Notes: a model not told the origin generated them from the sequence alone. Shown: positions 26,894-40,440, numbered from the stretch's first letter. The stretch is 64,000 bases of DNA from Gracilinanus agilis (GCF_016433145.1 NC_058134.1:30859587-30923586), one strand, 5' to 3'. A program made the numbers and translations.

Positions 26894-27380
26894 CAATGGA
26901 TGATTATCGCCTCTGTTCAATATGGTTTGCCCAAGGTGTTCCTCCATCCCTGGAATGCTTGAATTTCCTTGTTTTTGCCTTTGAGAGAGATCTCACCTTC
27001 CTTCAACATCCAGCTTAGGTATAATCAGAACGATAGCTGACATATATAGCATTTTAAGGTTTGCAAAACACTGTCTATATCAGCTCATTTGAGCCTCATG
27101 CATTCGTGAAATAGCTACTACTAAGGGCATTATTATTCCCACTTTATAGATGAAGAAACTGAAGCTCAGAGAAGTTCAATTTGTTTTCCTTTGATATAGT
27201 TACATATCCCATGAAGGCTGGTGACAGGCTTTCTTCTTGATTTTCAAATCCAGAGTTCTTTTTTGTTCCACTGCACCAAATGGTTTAAAAGTTATTTTCT
27301 CAGAGTATTTTGTCTGTCTCATTTTTGCTGTTCGTATACCTGCTTAGTACTACACATATATAAATAAGTAAAAAGCTGTT

Positions 27381-27579
27381 GGGGCAGGTAGGTGGCTCCG
27401 TAGAGAGAGAGGAGCCTAGAGATGTGAAGTTCTGAGTTCAAATGTGGCCTCAGGTACTTCCTAGTTGTGTGATCCTAGGCAAGTTGCTTGACTCAAATTG
27501 CCTAGTCCTTACCACTCTTCTGCCATGGAACCAATACTCGGTATTGATTCTAGGATAGAAAGTAAAGGTTAAAAAAAAA
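27381..27579 (+). mobile_element. SINE1_Mdo-type SINE
   Basis: Full head, core and A tail. Confidence 0.75.
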
Positions 27580-30137
27580 CTGTTGTATATAGAAGCACGG
27601 AATTTGGAGTCAGGAAAATCTGGGTTCATGTTCAGTCTCAGACCCTACAGTTGGGGGAGCCTGTTTCCTCATAGATAATAATAGCATCTACTTCACAGGG
27701 TTATTGAAAAATGAAATATAAAGTCCTTAACTTGTACACAGGTGATGTATCCTCCACACTGAGTATAGAGGTTGTCATTTTTTCTTATTGTATTCCCAGA
27801 ATTTAGCAATTCTACACATATATTAGGTACCTAATGTTTTTTGCACTGAATTTAAGGTCCATTTGCTTCCTTAATTGCTTTGTCATTTGTCTCTTTTAAT
27901 GAATCTTTTCAATATAAAATTAAGATATAAGGCCCCATTAAGAAAAGATATTTTGGGGTAGTAGGGAGATGATTATCAAATTCAATTTGTAAAATTGATA
28001 AATTTAGATCAAATTTTCTAATAAGTATGAATTGATCCATTGCTTAATGAAACAACAAAGAACGTGAGATTGAGGGAAGCAACCAATCACAAAACCCTAT
28101 ATTGTAAAAGGGGTTCTGGGCTGTATACCCCAAGAAAACACCCATTTGGTATATCCTTGTTGGGGTCATCTGACTTCTGCAAAGTCCTCATATTCTCAGT
28201 CAAGACCGCTGTTTGTACACTGTGGAGAGCCACCTTGTGAAAAGATTAAAAACAGGGTTGGCTGTACTGAATACTGAAATCTGCCATCTCTGCAACCCAA
28301 AAGGTGGCAGCCAAGTGTGGCCAATCAATACACAAGCAGTAAAGGATGCCAGCCCAAGGTCCTGCAGCAGTGTGAAGGTCAAGCCTGACTGCAGCACTAA
28401 GGGGAACCCTGCAAGATCCTTGGGAACGCCAATTGTTACACACATTTGATGCTTCTATATGCTTTAAGAACTCCTTTTCCTTCTGTCATTGCCAGTGTTA
28501 GGTGAAAGGAAGTTATTTGTAGGATGATGGACAGTTTTGTACTTCTCTTTTCAAGATGAACCATCGCCCAGTCAAAAAAAAAAAAAAAATCAACCAATTG
28601 GCCAGTGACCAGTCACTAGTCTAGGCTGGTCTTTAGCCTGTTGAGAATGTGTGCTTGAAACCTTTTCAACTTGAAGAACCTTGAGTTCTGCTGTCAAGCT
28701 TTGGAAAACCTAGGCTCATCTCTGACAGGATAAAACATTAGGGTGACCATCTTTTTCATGGAGTTCTCAAAGGAATGCCCTTAAAAGAAATAATCTAAGA
28801 TTCAGAATTAGAACACCTTTCATCTCCTAAACAAATAACCTACAGCTTCCTAAGCTAGCTGAAGTGGGATTCCATTGTTGCTTCTGGCTAATTTGCCACA
28901 AAGCCAAGGTTGGTATCTCAAAAAGTAGTAGTGAGGAAACTACACATTTTGGGGTAGGTTGAGTCCTGGAGTCTTTCATTTAAAATTGTGATCCAAAGAC
29001 CAAAAAGGCAAATGCTAAACTCTGGAGAGGCTGAGGAGAAAAAGGCACATTACTGGATTGTTCATGGTGCTATGAATGCATCCATTCATTTGAGTAAATA
29101 ATGGAACTATGTCCAGTTACTAAATTGTGCCAGCTCTGACCCAGGAACATCATTAGGAAACATCCCAAAGACATCAGAGTAAAAACTCATATACAAAAAT
29201 ATTTATGGATTTTTTTTTGTGATAGCAAAGAATTGGAAAATAAGGTGCCTACAAACTGGGGAATGGTGAACAAATTATGAATGTAAATAAATTAATTTTA
29301 TGCCTTACTTAGCATGGAATAGATGGTATAAAAGGAACCAAGGAAAACATGTATGATATGCTGAGTTTAGTGAGCAGAATCCAAATAACTCTTAACATTG
29401 TAAAAAGTTGGAAAACTTAATACTGATCAACTCAGAGGGACCAACTATCATTCTAGAATATGCAAGAATGCTATGTTGCAGGGTGACAAGACAGGCATGG
29501 GTATGTTGATCATGCAGGTTTCTTTTCCATTTTCAGCAGACAATAAGGCCAACAAGCTTTTAGAATTTTGGTAACATTTTTACATTGTTCATAAGCTACA
29601 AATTTTTCTATCTTGTATCTTTCTGACTTGTACTACCAATAAATATTATTAATCATTATTTATAATTATTAATAATTAATAAAAATTATTAAATAACCAA
29701 GGCCTTTGCTTGTCCTTCAGTACTTGTGTTTCCTTCCAACTATCTAGGAAAATTAATCTAGACAGAAAACTTGAATTTGCATCTATGGGTTTTGTCCCGA
29801 CTAGACTCAAGTACATAAAACATTTTATATTCAGTACCTGTGATTTCTAAGCAACATGCATTCCAGAAGCATATTTGCTATTCATGAATGAAATCTTTTC
29901 ATTCTCTTGGTTGGCTTATCATTCCTGCAAGGTGTAAGATATAGGAAATCACCATTAAAACAGCTTGGCAGTTGGTAGCACAATAGATAGAATACTGGAC
30001 TTGAAATTAGGAAGACTAAACACAAAAGTTAAACCTGGCCTTAGATACTAGCTATGTAACCCTGTTTGCCTCAGTTTTCTCATTTGTAAAATGAGCTGGA
30101 GAATGCAAACTCTTCCAGTATCTTTGCTAAGAAAACC

Positions 30138-30327
30138 TAGGTGGCTCAGTGGATTGAGCCTGGGCCAGAGATGGGAAGTCCTGGGTTCAAATATGGCCTT
30201 AGACACTTCCCAGCTATGTAACCCTGGACAAGTCAGTTGACCCCCATTGCCCAGCCCTTACCACTCTTCTGTCTTGGACCCAATACACAGTATTGATTCC
30301 AAGAAGGAAGGGTTAAAAACAAAAAAC
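30138..30327 (+). mobile_element. SINE1_Mdo-type SINE (inside an older MAR1/MIR)
   Basis: Head, core and tail recognisable; MIR-like sequence at ~29965-30135 precedes it. Confidence 0.75.
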
Positions 30328-31107
30328 CTCAATTGAGGTCACTAGGCCAGATGTGACTCAATAACAACTTTACCATATGAATCGTAATATTACACTTAAA
30401 TCTCTTGGAACTCTTAAATTTCAATGTAAGCCTATCAAAATGAAAAGCTCCTACCATCATGAAATCTCTACAGCTTGAGAACTTGAACTCAGGCCTTTTA
30501 TTCCAAGGCCAGCTCTTTACATTATACATAGTTAACAAATCTGATGAACAACTCTGAATGACTTCACTATTCTTAGTAATACAATGATCCAAGACAACTC
30601 TTAAAAGGCTTGTAAAAAATGCTCTCCACCTCCAGAGAACTGATGGGAGCCGGAATGCTGATTGAAGGCTACTCTTTTTCACTTTTTCTTTGTGGGTTTT
30701 GTTTCTAAAATGTCTTCTTCCACATGACTAACATGGAAATTTTTTGTAGGATAGCACATGTAATTGCTCAAGTGTCCTAGTTTGGAACTCAAAATTGTAG
30801 GGGGAAAAAGTTTAAATGTTTTTTACATGTAATTGGGAAAATGATTTTTAAAAAAATCAGACAGAACAGGAATACTTCATTTTATATTCCCTTCTACATT
30901 ACATTTTGGATGATTTCCTTTTACCCTTTGGTGGGATCACACATTACAAAATCAGTCTCAACTTGAGTTATTTGATCCCAAGACTTTTATTAAAACCCCT
31001 TATATTCTATCTTGAACAAGTGCTACACCATTAACCTTATTTGGTACTCCCTTTATGATACTTACATTTTAGACACTAAAGACAACATAACACTGTCTTA
31101 AATTTTG

Positions 31108-31113
31108 TTTATT
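31108..31113 (-). terminator. RPL15: RPL15 proximal polyadenylation signal AATAAA
   Basis: tttatt on the plus strand ~33 nt past the stop codon; a second AATAAA lies at 30986-30991. Confidence 0.8.
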
Positions 31114-31145
31114 AAACAATTAGTTTACAAATTAATGCGCACAAA

Positions 31146-31451
<306 letters not shown>

Positions 31452-33239
31452 CTAGAATGGAGGGAGAAAGTGTGGATGTTAAAAACCCAATCTCTCTTAT
31501 TTTTACTTGGGATATTTACAAATACAAGGCTCAGTGCTGACACTGCAGTCTAATTCCTATAAAAAGTAACCACCAACAAACAGCCAGATCAAAACAAACC
31601 AAAGAACACTTGCCTGCTAAATGTGTAATCAGTAAAATAACAGTCTATAAGAAGAGGCTGTTTGTTCTGTATCAGTCCTTGGCAGCAACACCTACTGAAA
31701 GTAACTAGAAGTGTACTCAAGGAGGTGGGGCATGTTTTACACTATATTTCTGTAAGAAATTCTAATGTCAAATGTGCTGTTTCTCTGCAATCCTATGGAG
31801 CAGAGATGTACACCAAGACACCAAAAATAGTTTAAAGAACCATCCCCCATCAGAAAAAATGTCAGGGACAGAAGTAAGAGTTGGAAATGGCTTTAGGAAG
31901 CAATCTAATGCAACTCCTGGGAGACCCACCCTTTCCCCTTATCTCTCCTTTAAGATTCTACAGATTAGATCTGGCAGGCAGTCTAGTCCCCAGGTCTCAA
32001 TTAGGTGGTGAAGTTGTCCTAGAGGAGGGATTATTTGTCTCTCCCAGCAGGCTAACATAAAAGCATTAAGTTGCTAGTAATCTGCTGAATCCTAGGTCAC
32101 CTGACCACTCCAAGTGCTCTTTCACAGAAAATACTCCCAAATTTGTGACAATAGTGTAAAGGAAACAAACCTATTTCTATATGCCACATCTCATCTGGAA
32201 GGTGTGCGCTATTAGTATTCTTATACTAGAGTTGAAGAAATATTAGGCAGAGGAAAACTAAATGAATTGCCCAGGATCATAGTGACTGTTTCTAAACTCT
32301 GATCTTCTCAACTCCAGACCCAGAGTTCTATTACCTGTATCAGCTAGCTGCCTCTAAGCCCAGGTTAGAAAACCCTACTTCAAATCACAAAATTCCTGAG
32401 CTTGTTTCTAGCATCAATGAAACTTAGCCTTGGTACAGGTGAAAATCCTATTTTCTTGCCATCAGCAACCCTTTCAGGTAGGGAAAATCAAATCAATCCA
32501 CCATCTTTGCTTCCTGGGGGAAGGGAGTTCCATTTGGCTCCATGGCACCACTCACAATGCAAAAATCCTATTCCTGGCTCCCAATTCCCTTTAAACTCAT
32601 TTCCTTCAGGGCAGGGATTGATTTTTTTGTGCTAGCCCCTGGGCTTAGGCTACCAGCTTCATCAGATGCTTATAATCACTTTAGGGGCTTTCTGATTTGA
32701 TTCAAATAGACAAAAACAGATCTTATAGGAAATATTAACGAAGCTATTATTAACAGTATGGATGGTGAGTGTGAGGGGATAAGTTGACTAGTGGGTTCCC
32801 ACCTCCATCTACCAAAGTATAACAAAACCAATATGGACCTAGAACAAATGCCTACTGGTAATGAATCCAACACTTGCCAACCTAAAATGAAAAGAATTTG
32901 AACACCATTTGTTTTTAATTCCTAGCAGTCAATAAACTACAGTAAAAAACCATTTAATAAATTCCTACCATATGCCAAGTACTGTGCTAAGTGTCAAGAT
33001 ATGAAGACAGTTCATGACCTTAAGTAGTTTATGGGGTATTTTAACAGTGTGGTCAGAATTATGTTCTTTTGGTCATACCACCAAATTAATTTGAGAAGAA
33101 ATAACATCAGATTTCTTGTTGGTTTGGAAAAGTTCTGTTCAAATCTCAAATTAAAAGCACATTATATTTAATAAGTTCAATTACTCCTGGGCTTATCAAT
33201 AAATTATAAAATGCCTTTAAAACTCTAAGTTCCAATCTT

Positions 33240-33450
33240 GGGGCAGCTGGGTAGCTCAGTGGATTGAGAGCCAGGCCTAGAGATGGGAGGTCCTAGGTTC
33301 AAATCTGGCCTCAGACACTCCCCAGCTGTGTGACCCTGGGCAAGTCACTTGACCCCCATTGCCTACCCTTACCACTCTTCCACCTACAAGTCAATACACA
33401 GAAGTTAAGGGTTTAAAATAAAACAAACAAACAAAAACCAAAAAAAAAAA
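33240..33450 (+). mobile_element. Young SINE1_Mdo-type SINE in RPL15 intron 3
   Basis: Near-consensus copy; TSD CTCTAAGTTCCA at 33223-33234 and 33452-33463. Confidence 0.9.
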
Positions 33451-33744
33451 CCTCTAAGTTCCACACTAGCATTTATGCCAATTAGTCAGATTTATGTCAA
33501 TTTTTACTTTCATATAAAAGACATGAGTTCATCTTTTCTCAACAGTCAAGCATTATTAAGCATCTCCTTCATGCTAAACACTAGGGATTGTCAGGAAAAA
33601 TCTCCCTTCCCACTTTCACATCTGAGATAAACTAAACTATTCATAAGATAAACTGATAGCAGGACACTAGCACACCTCCTTTTCTGTGACATATAGTCTA
33701 GTGAAGTGTTCAGATACCTTCTCAGAATGTTTTATTTTCTACAT

Positions 33745-33917
33745 TCAAACAAACAAAACCCCTTAATAGTTCCAAGGCATTAAGAAGGCTAAGGGCTAGG
33801 CAATGGGGGTTGTGACTTGCCAAGGGTCACAAAACATGCCAAGTGTCTTGAGGCCAGATTTGAACCCAGAATCCCTCTCTAGGCCTGGCTCTCAATCCTC
33901 TGAGAAACTTGGCTGCA
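33745..33917 (-). mobile_element. Diverged SINE1-type SINE in RPL15 intron 3
   Basis: Reverse-complement core GGCAATGGGGGTTGTGACTTGCCAAGGGTCAC...GATTTGAACCC. Confidence 0.7.
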
Positions 33918-34257
33918 TTCTATGGCCTCATTTCATGGAAGGAAATTTAAGCCAGAAGTTAATGATAATGATTTTATTTCCCCCTCATCCAAGTAAATAG
34001 GCCCAAAGTTAAGTACTCTTGCCTTTACCAGTGACACCTAAGATGTTTTAATGGCAACGTTGGTTCAAGTTTGTTAAATTTGCCCCATAAAAAAGTCAAC
34101 CTCTTGAGGATCAGAGAGATTATCAGGGCCACACAGCTCATACTTAAGACAGATGCCTAAATCCAGGTTCCCTGCCTCAATTGAACAGGACTATCCCATT
34201 CCATCACAATGTTTCTATCTCTAACAGAAATACCATTAGAAAAAACAAGTAAATCTT

Positions 34258-34400
34258 GGGGGTAGCTGGGTGGCCCCGTGGATAGTCAGAACGGTCTGAG
34301 TTCAAATTTGGCCTCAGGGCACTTCCTAGCTGTGACCCTGGGCAAGTCACTTAATCCCCACTGCCTAGTCCATATTACTCTTCTGCTTTGGAACCAATAC
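34258..34400 (+). mobile_element. Diverged SINE1-type SINE in RPL15 intron 3
   Basis: GGGGTAGCTGGGTGG...GTTCAAAT...GACCCTGGGCAAGTCACTT. Confidence 0.7.
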
Positions 34401-34473
34401 CCACTAGTTTTCTTTTCCCTAATTTTTAATGATTATTATTCCAAATGTTTATAAAACCCATTATCTATTCTTA

Positions 34474-34809
<336 letters not shown>

Positions 34810-34945
34810 TCACTGCCCTCCCCCCGCCTGCATGGAAGCCCTGAGCTCCCGTCTCAAGAACTCCATGCTGCCCGCCGCGGCCTTCACCACCTTCGTGCAG
34901 AGGCAGGCGCAGGTGAGCGGCGCCCCCGTCTCCGCCACGGCCTAC

Positions 34946-35117
34946 CTTGCTTGGCCTTGTAGCCCAGACGCCTGGCCTTGTCGGGTCTGGTGGGCCGCGG
35001 GGCGCGGTGCAGGGAAGACAGCTGGCGGTACTGCCAGCAGCGCACCCGCAGCAGGAAGCGCATCACGTCCGACTGCTTCTTCCTCCACAGCTCCTGGATA
35101 TACTTGTAGGCCCCCAT
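34946..35117 (-). CDS. RPL15: 60S ribosomal protein L15, coding exon 1 (gene exon 2)
   Basis: Translates [58 protein letters not shown]. Acceptor ttgcag|gtgccaacATG (exon starts 35125); donor CAAG|gtaggc at 34945; 172 nt of CDS. Confidence 0.98.
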
Positions 35118-35383
35118 GTTGGCACCTGCAACACAGCAAGCACTCTACTCAACCACCCTCGGGAAGCTCCGCGGCCTGCGAACCGCTCCCGTGGCCTCTT
35201 CCCTTCCCGAGCCGCCTCGGCCTGTGGCTCCCCGCACGGCTTCCGCGGCCTTCCCTCCCCGCTACGGTCCGCGCCGCACACTACACGGGTCCAGGTCCCC
35301 GGCTGTGTGGGACTCGGGCTCGGATGGCCAAAGCCAAGGGCTGATTACCAGTGGATGGGCCGAACGTAGAGAACTCTGCCTAC

Positions 35384-35418
35384 CTGCCTGATGGCTGCCA
35401 CCGACCGGAAAGGAAGAG
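35384..35418 (-). other. RPL15: RPL15 non-coding exon 1 with 5'TOP/TCT pyrimidine start
   Basis: Minus strand reads CTCTTCCTTTCCGGTCGGTGGCAGCCATCAGGCAG|gtaggc: the oligopyrimidine start typical of ribosomal-protein genes, a YY1-like GCCAT core and a GT donor at 35383. Confidence 0.85.
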
Positions 35419-35599
35419 TCCGCCTTCCCACAATCCTTTATGGGCTCTTCCTCTCCACCGAGTCTCTTTCCGGCTCAGGTCCTCGGTGGGCGCACGGCCT
35501 CATGGGAATCGTAGTCCTTCCGGCCGGCATTCGGGAGGCCGTGGAGGGGGCGGGGCGCTGCTCTAAGTGGGCTGTCCCGAGCCTAAGCTACGGATCCCA

Positions 35600-35668
35600 C
35601 GGGGCGGGGGAGGGGCTGGCGAGTACGCGTGCGCGGCTTCCGCAGTAGCTCCGCCCCTCTCTCGGAAG
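35600..35668 (+). other. NKIRAS1: Candidate NKIRAS1 non-coding first exon (start uncertain)
   Basis: Donor-like GGAAG|gtaaca at 35669 just inside the CpG island. The ATG exon at 38413 begins with an acceptor, so an upstream exon must exist. No transcript evidence available. Confidence 0.35.
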
Positions 35669-37200
35669 GTAACACAGGGAGTTGTGGGGGCCGTAAGCGA
35701 GCCACGCTTCTAGTTACCTCCTTAGTACCTTCTCAGGCACCCCGGGGATGGGGGCGGTAAAGGGTTGGGGTAGGGAGTGGGGAAAGGGAGATGCAAAGAG
35801 TTCTGATAAAATTTGATCCTGCCAGGCCACCGTCCCTTAACCCCCTCCCCCCCCAGTCGGAGGGGCCTTCCTCGTTCCCCTTCCCCTTCCCCTCCTGGGG
35901 ATACCCAGCCGGCTTGGAGTCTCGGGCTCCGCCTCCTGGCTCTGAGAGAGCTCTGTCCCTGGTGGAGCCCCTTCCAGAGGACCTGGGCTGGTCACTTCCC
36001 CCATCTATACAATGGGATGATCACAACCTCCGCCTCGCAGGGCTGCTGGGAGAATCCCATGAGGGAGTCTTTGCGAAGCGCTTCTTGGAGGACCTGCCCC
36101 AGGAGGTTCTCCGCTACTTGTGCTAGTGTCGTCATCTCGGTTAAAACTACCCCTTGAAATAACGGTGCTAGTTCACCCTGTCAGAGTCGGGCTGTTTCCT
36201 TTCCTTCTAAGAAACCTCACTTGAGGCGTCAGGACCTTCTGGCCTCGGGAAGCCCAGTGCCCCATGGGGTGCTCACCGAGGCTCATGGAGGACCTTCTTG
36301 GCCCCTAGGCATTGCCCAGCGGGTACAGCATCAGCTCGTCCATGAAGATGTTGGTTACATTGGAGGATGAGAATGGGAGCAGATCCAGCTTTGTTGGTCA
36401 TCATCTTGTTTATTTAAACCCCTACCCTCTGTCCTAGAACTTATACTAAATATCAGTTCCAAGGCTGGAAAGTGGTAAGGATTACCACTTAGCAGTGGGG
36501 GCTAAGTGACTTGCCCAGGATCACACAGCTAGGAAGTGTCTGAGGCCAGATTTGAACTCAAGATCTCCCATCTCTAACCACCCAGCCTTCTTAAGTCTTT
36601 GAGAGTTGTCTTTATTTACAGTTGTTGTTATTGTAACATTGTATGAATTTAGGTTGTTATTTTTTGTTTTCTTTTACTCTCTGCTCAGTTCCTATAATCC
36701 TGAAACTGTCCCTTTTGTCATTTCCTAGGGCATGGTACTCTAAGACACTCATATATCTTAATTTTATTATTTAAAATTTAAAAGCGATTACATAAACAAA
36801 CTAGTGTAAATAAAAACTGAGAAACAACTGGAGAAAAAAATCTAAGCAGTTAATTTCTCCAAAGATGTCATTTCTAAGATATATAAGAAATTGATAGAAA
36901 TGGATGGATTAGAGCCATTCCTCACAGTGGTCAAATGATATAAACAGGCAATTCTCAAAGGAAGAAATGTAAGCCATCTATGGCTATATGGAAAAAAAAA
37001 GCCCACAAATCACTAAAATTTAGAGAAATACAAACTAAAGCAAGCCTGAGGTTCTGCTTCATGCCCATTCTATTGGCAAAGGTCAAACAAAGGGACATAA
37101 TGGAAAGAGAGATTGCCCTTCAGCAGTCTGACTTAAAGATAAATGGTCTATATGGAAAACAGCAAGAAAATTAAGAGGAGAAAATAACCCTAATTTTCTT

Positions 37201-37410
37201 CTTTCTTTTTTTTTTAAAAGAACCCTTACCTTCCATCTTAAAATCAATACTTAATCTAAGGCAGAAGAGTGGTAAGGGCTAGGCAATGGGGGTCAAGTGA
37301 CTTGCCCAGGGTCACACAGCTAGGAAGTATGTGAGGTCAGATTTGAACCCAAGACCTCCCATCTCTGGGCCTGGCTCTCAATCTACTGAGCCACCCAGCT
37401 GCCCCCCCCC
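37201..37410 (-). mobile_element. SINE1_Mdo-type SINE in NKIRAS1 intron
   Basis: Poly-T plus reverse consensus; TAATTTTCT repeated on both flanks. A similar copy lies at ~36415-36590. Confidence 0.85.
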
Positions 37411-38427
37411 CCCTTAATTTTCTAAAAGCCAAGGCTGATGGAAAAATACACAGACTACTTTTCTACTTTTCCTTATAAATGATAGGCACTTGAGAGCTGG
37501 TATTTTTAGGGGTACACAAAAATGGAAACATGAGCAGAGATAGCCTGAGCTTTACTTCTTGGAATATTTGTTTGAACATTTGTGTTTCTCCAGGGTTTCT
37601 GTTAGCAGAGGCATTTAACCAGAAATAGGTCAAGCACCTACTCTGTGTCAGGCACACAGAAAGCCAAAACAAAAGACAGTTTCAAGTGGGAGACAACTGA
37701 CAATTGAACAGACGATTGAACAACCAAATGGACTCGGGCTAGATGGGAGATCATTGATGAAGGGAATGCACTAGTTTTAAGAGTGATCCCCAAAAGGCTT
37801 CTGGCCTTGAGCTAAGGAAGGGCAGTGGCTTTGTTCTTCATAGCCTTCCACCCATCCCCAAGTAAGGGCATTTTGAGTGGGCAGTGGAAGAAAGAAATGT
37901 GGAGATCTGTTTCATTTCCCCTTCTTGGGTGAAGATTTTTTCTATTCCCACCACTTGTCTTTGGCTTCTAGTAACTAGGGGGGAAAAGGACTTCTGAAAG
38001 GTAAAGTCTAGGTAAATTTAAGTCCTTCCCCCAACTTCCCTTGCAGTTCAAAGGCCTAAGCAGTTTTCTGGAACCTTGGTTTTAGAACCCAGCTGAAGGA
38101 GAGTTAAATGGTACCACATCACTCATTACTTAGCTATTGAGGCTTTGCCAGACTGTTCTCTTCATTTTTTAGCTATAATTTTTATTTTCTTTGGGAAAAG
38201 TTTCCAAGCATCTGTGGCGAGTAGACAAACTATCTTTTCTGTGTTCAGTTTAATCTATAACTGGAGAAGGAATTCTTCAGAATAAAGGTAGCAACCATGC
38301 CCATAAGTAAAACGACCAAATTTAGCTTTAATCGAATAAAATTTTAACTAATGGTATTATTCTTTCTTTATAATGTTTTCTAATGAAGACAAATGCACTT
38401 TTGTCTCTCTAGACTACCACAGATAAG

Positions 38428-38521
38428 ATGGGAAAAGGTTTCAAGGTCGTGGTTTGTGGAGCTGTATCTGTGGGGAAAACTGCAATACTGGAGCAGCTTC
38501 TTTATGGAAATCACGTTATTG
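38428..38521 (+). CDS. NKIRAS1: NF-kappaB inhibitor-interacting Ras-like protein 1 (kappaB-Ras1), coding exon 1
   Basis: Read manually. [32 protein letters not shown] (P-loop); acceptor ctctctag| at 38412, with an alternative cacag| at 38422; donor G|gtaagg; 94 nt. Confidence 0.95.
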
Positions 38522-38899
38522 GTAAGGCTGATTTTCTTAAGTAGTTCCTTTAGGGGGACCTGGGCATTACTTGGGGGTAGTTGGGAATCCTTCATAAAAC
38601 ATGTTATCTGGGTGAAAAGATAGAAGTTGGGCTCACAAGGCTCAAATCCTTGAGAGAAACCTGGATTAGTTCTAGCACCTGCAAGGTCCACACAATATTT
38701 GCTTCATCCCTGAAGTCATCTTAGGTTCTCTTGGACCTCCTTTAGCCACTATTTAATGGCTTCTGGTTATCCATGTCTACAAATGGCAGACACTTTGTTT
38801 ATAGCACATAATTTTGGGGGAGGGAAAGGTGCTCAGTGCATTGAGGTCAGTGAGGATGGCTCATTAGCAAAAGCATTTAAGCCTGAATTTGGAGCTGTA

Positions 38900-39900
38900 C
38901 CCCAGAACAATCTATCTGAGCACCAGCACACATTTATTAAGGGCCCTCTAGAGGCCAGACACTGTGTTGGATGCTAAAGGTATAGTTATAAAAATGAAAT
39001 AATCCTTCCTTTCTGGAGATGATCCACATATGTTTATAAATATAAGACAAATAAATAAAACTATGGACAAATCCAAGGGAGTCTGGAGTGGGGGAAAGCA
39101 TCGGGAGTTGAGAGGAACCAGTAATGACTGTGCATTATTGATGCTTGATTACATGAGGGACTCTGAGGTGGAAGGAGGGAGAAGGCCTGGAGATGGGAGA
39201 CATGTAGCTCCAGAGGGGGTGAGTGTGTCTGAGTTTGGCAGAAGTATTGTAGGGTGGGCTGGAGTGGGGAGACCACTGGGAAGGCACCCGCTTCTGTCAT
39301 CTCCAGGCGAGGTCAGGAGGGCCCAGATTAGGGTAGCGGCTGTTTGGGTTGGCTTTGAGAAATGTGATGAAGACCAAAACCAGATCTGGCCGCTGACTGG
39401 GTATGTGGAGTAAGGAGGCCCTGTGAACATGAGGGGATGAACCCAGGGCACTGGAAGGATGCTAGAAGAGTTTGGAAGGGGGAAGGCAATGGGTGAGCTC
39501 CATTTGGGACATGAGTTTGATGCTGGCCTGAAGCTTAAAGGAGAGAAGCCTTCATAGAAGTGATGGAGAAATCCAGGGCTGATGAGGCTCCCCAGTGAAA
39601 GTGTGGAGGAAATGCCCATGGTTAGCTTGCAGCCTATGAACGTAGGACCACAAGGACACAAAATGGTCAGGGGGTAGGAGGTAGGCTAGGAGAGAAGAGA
39701 AGAGGCGGGTAGCAGCATCAGATGCTGTAGGTCCTCAGGAAAGCAAATCCAGGGCCAAAAATGGTTCTTGGAGGCAGCAACCAACTGGGAGGAGAATTGA
39801 GTTATCGGGTGGTTTTGATTCACTTTTATTGCAGGGCAGTGGAGGAGGGCAGAGGTGAGGTGGTGGCCATCAGAGAGGAAAGATGGGTTCATACAAGTGT
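38900..39900 (-). mobile_element. L2 relic in NKIRAS1 intron
   Basis: ACATTTATTAAGGGCC...CACTGTG L2-tail motif followed by purine-rich L2-like body; boundaries rough. Confidence 0.5.
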
Positions 39901-40386
39901 TATTTCCTTCCATCCATTTTTGCTTTTTGTGCCTATGACTTCATTTCCATACTTAGTTTTATTCTAGTTTAGTTCTTGCTATCATTAACATCAATCATGA
40001 AAATAGTTATTTTGTGTATAATTGCAATCCTGATAGGAATTCCCAGGATTTTTGTTTCCCTCTTGACAGAGTAGGAACATCTAAAAAAGAATGCTTTTGT
40101 GTTCTTCAGCAGCAGAAACACTTGTGGGTTCATCAGTGTGGGTACAAACACTTTGTCCTGGCGCAGATTGCAATCTTTCATATTACAATAATGGGTTTCA
40201 GGAATTGCTGTGGACCAAACATTTACCTTATAGGGCTCTTCTGGTGACCTAGAAGCCACTGGCCTTTGGTCAGTGCACACTGGAAGCCCTTCTGACTTGG
40301 TAGGATTTGCACATGTGGCTTTGAATCCTTCATGTTTTACACATGATGGGTGATGATAGCAAAAGAGAAATGGGATGACTGATGGT

Positions 40387-40388
<2 letters not shown>

Positions 40389-40436
<48 letters not shown>
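40389..40436 (+). repeat. (GT)24 microsatellite at the NKIRAS1 3' splice site
   Basis: Perfect dinucleotide run ending 17 nt before the exon start at 40454. Confidence 0.98.

Positions 40437-40440
<4 letters not shown>

Noticed and set aside
29636-29700. AT-only quasi-palindromic stretch
   Set aside because: Low complexity; self-complementarity is expected by chance.
32606-32665. Possible C/D-box snoRNA in RPL15 intron 3 (minus: CTGATGA...CTGA)
   Set aside because: Short, with no terminal stem and no evident rRNA-complementary guide; likely chance. An Infernal/snoscan run would settle it.
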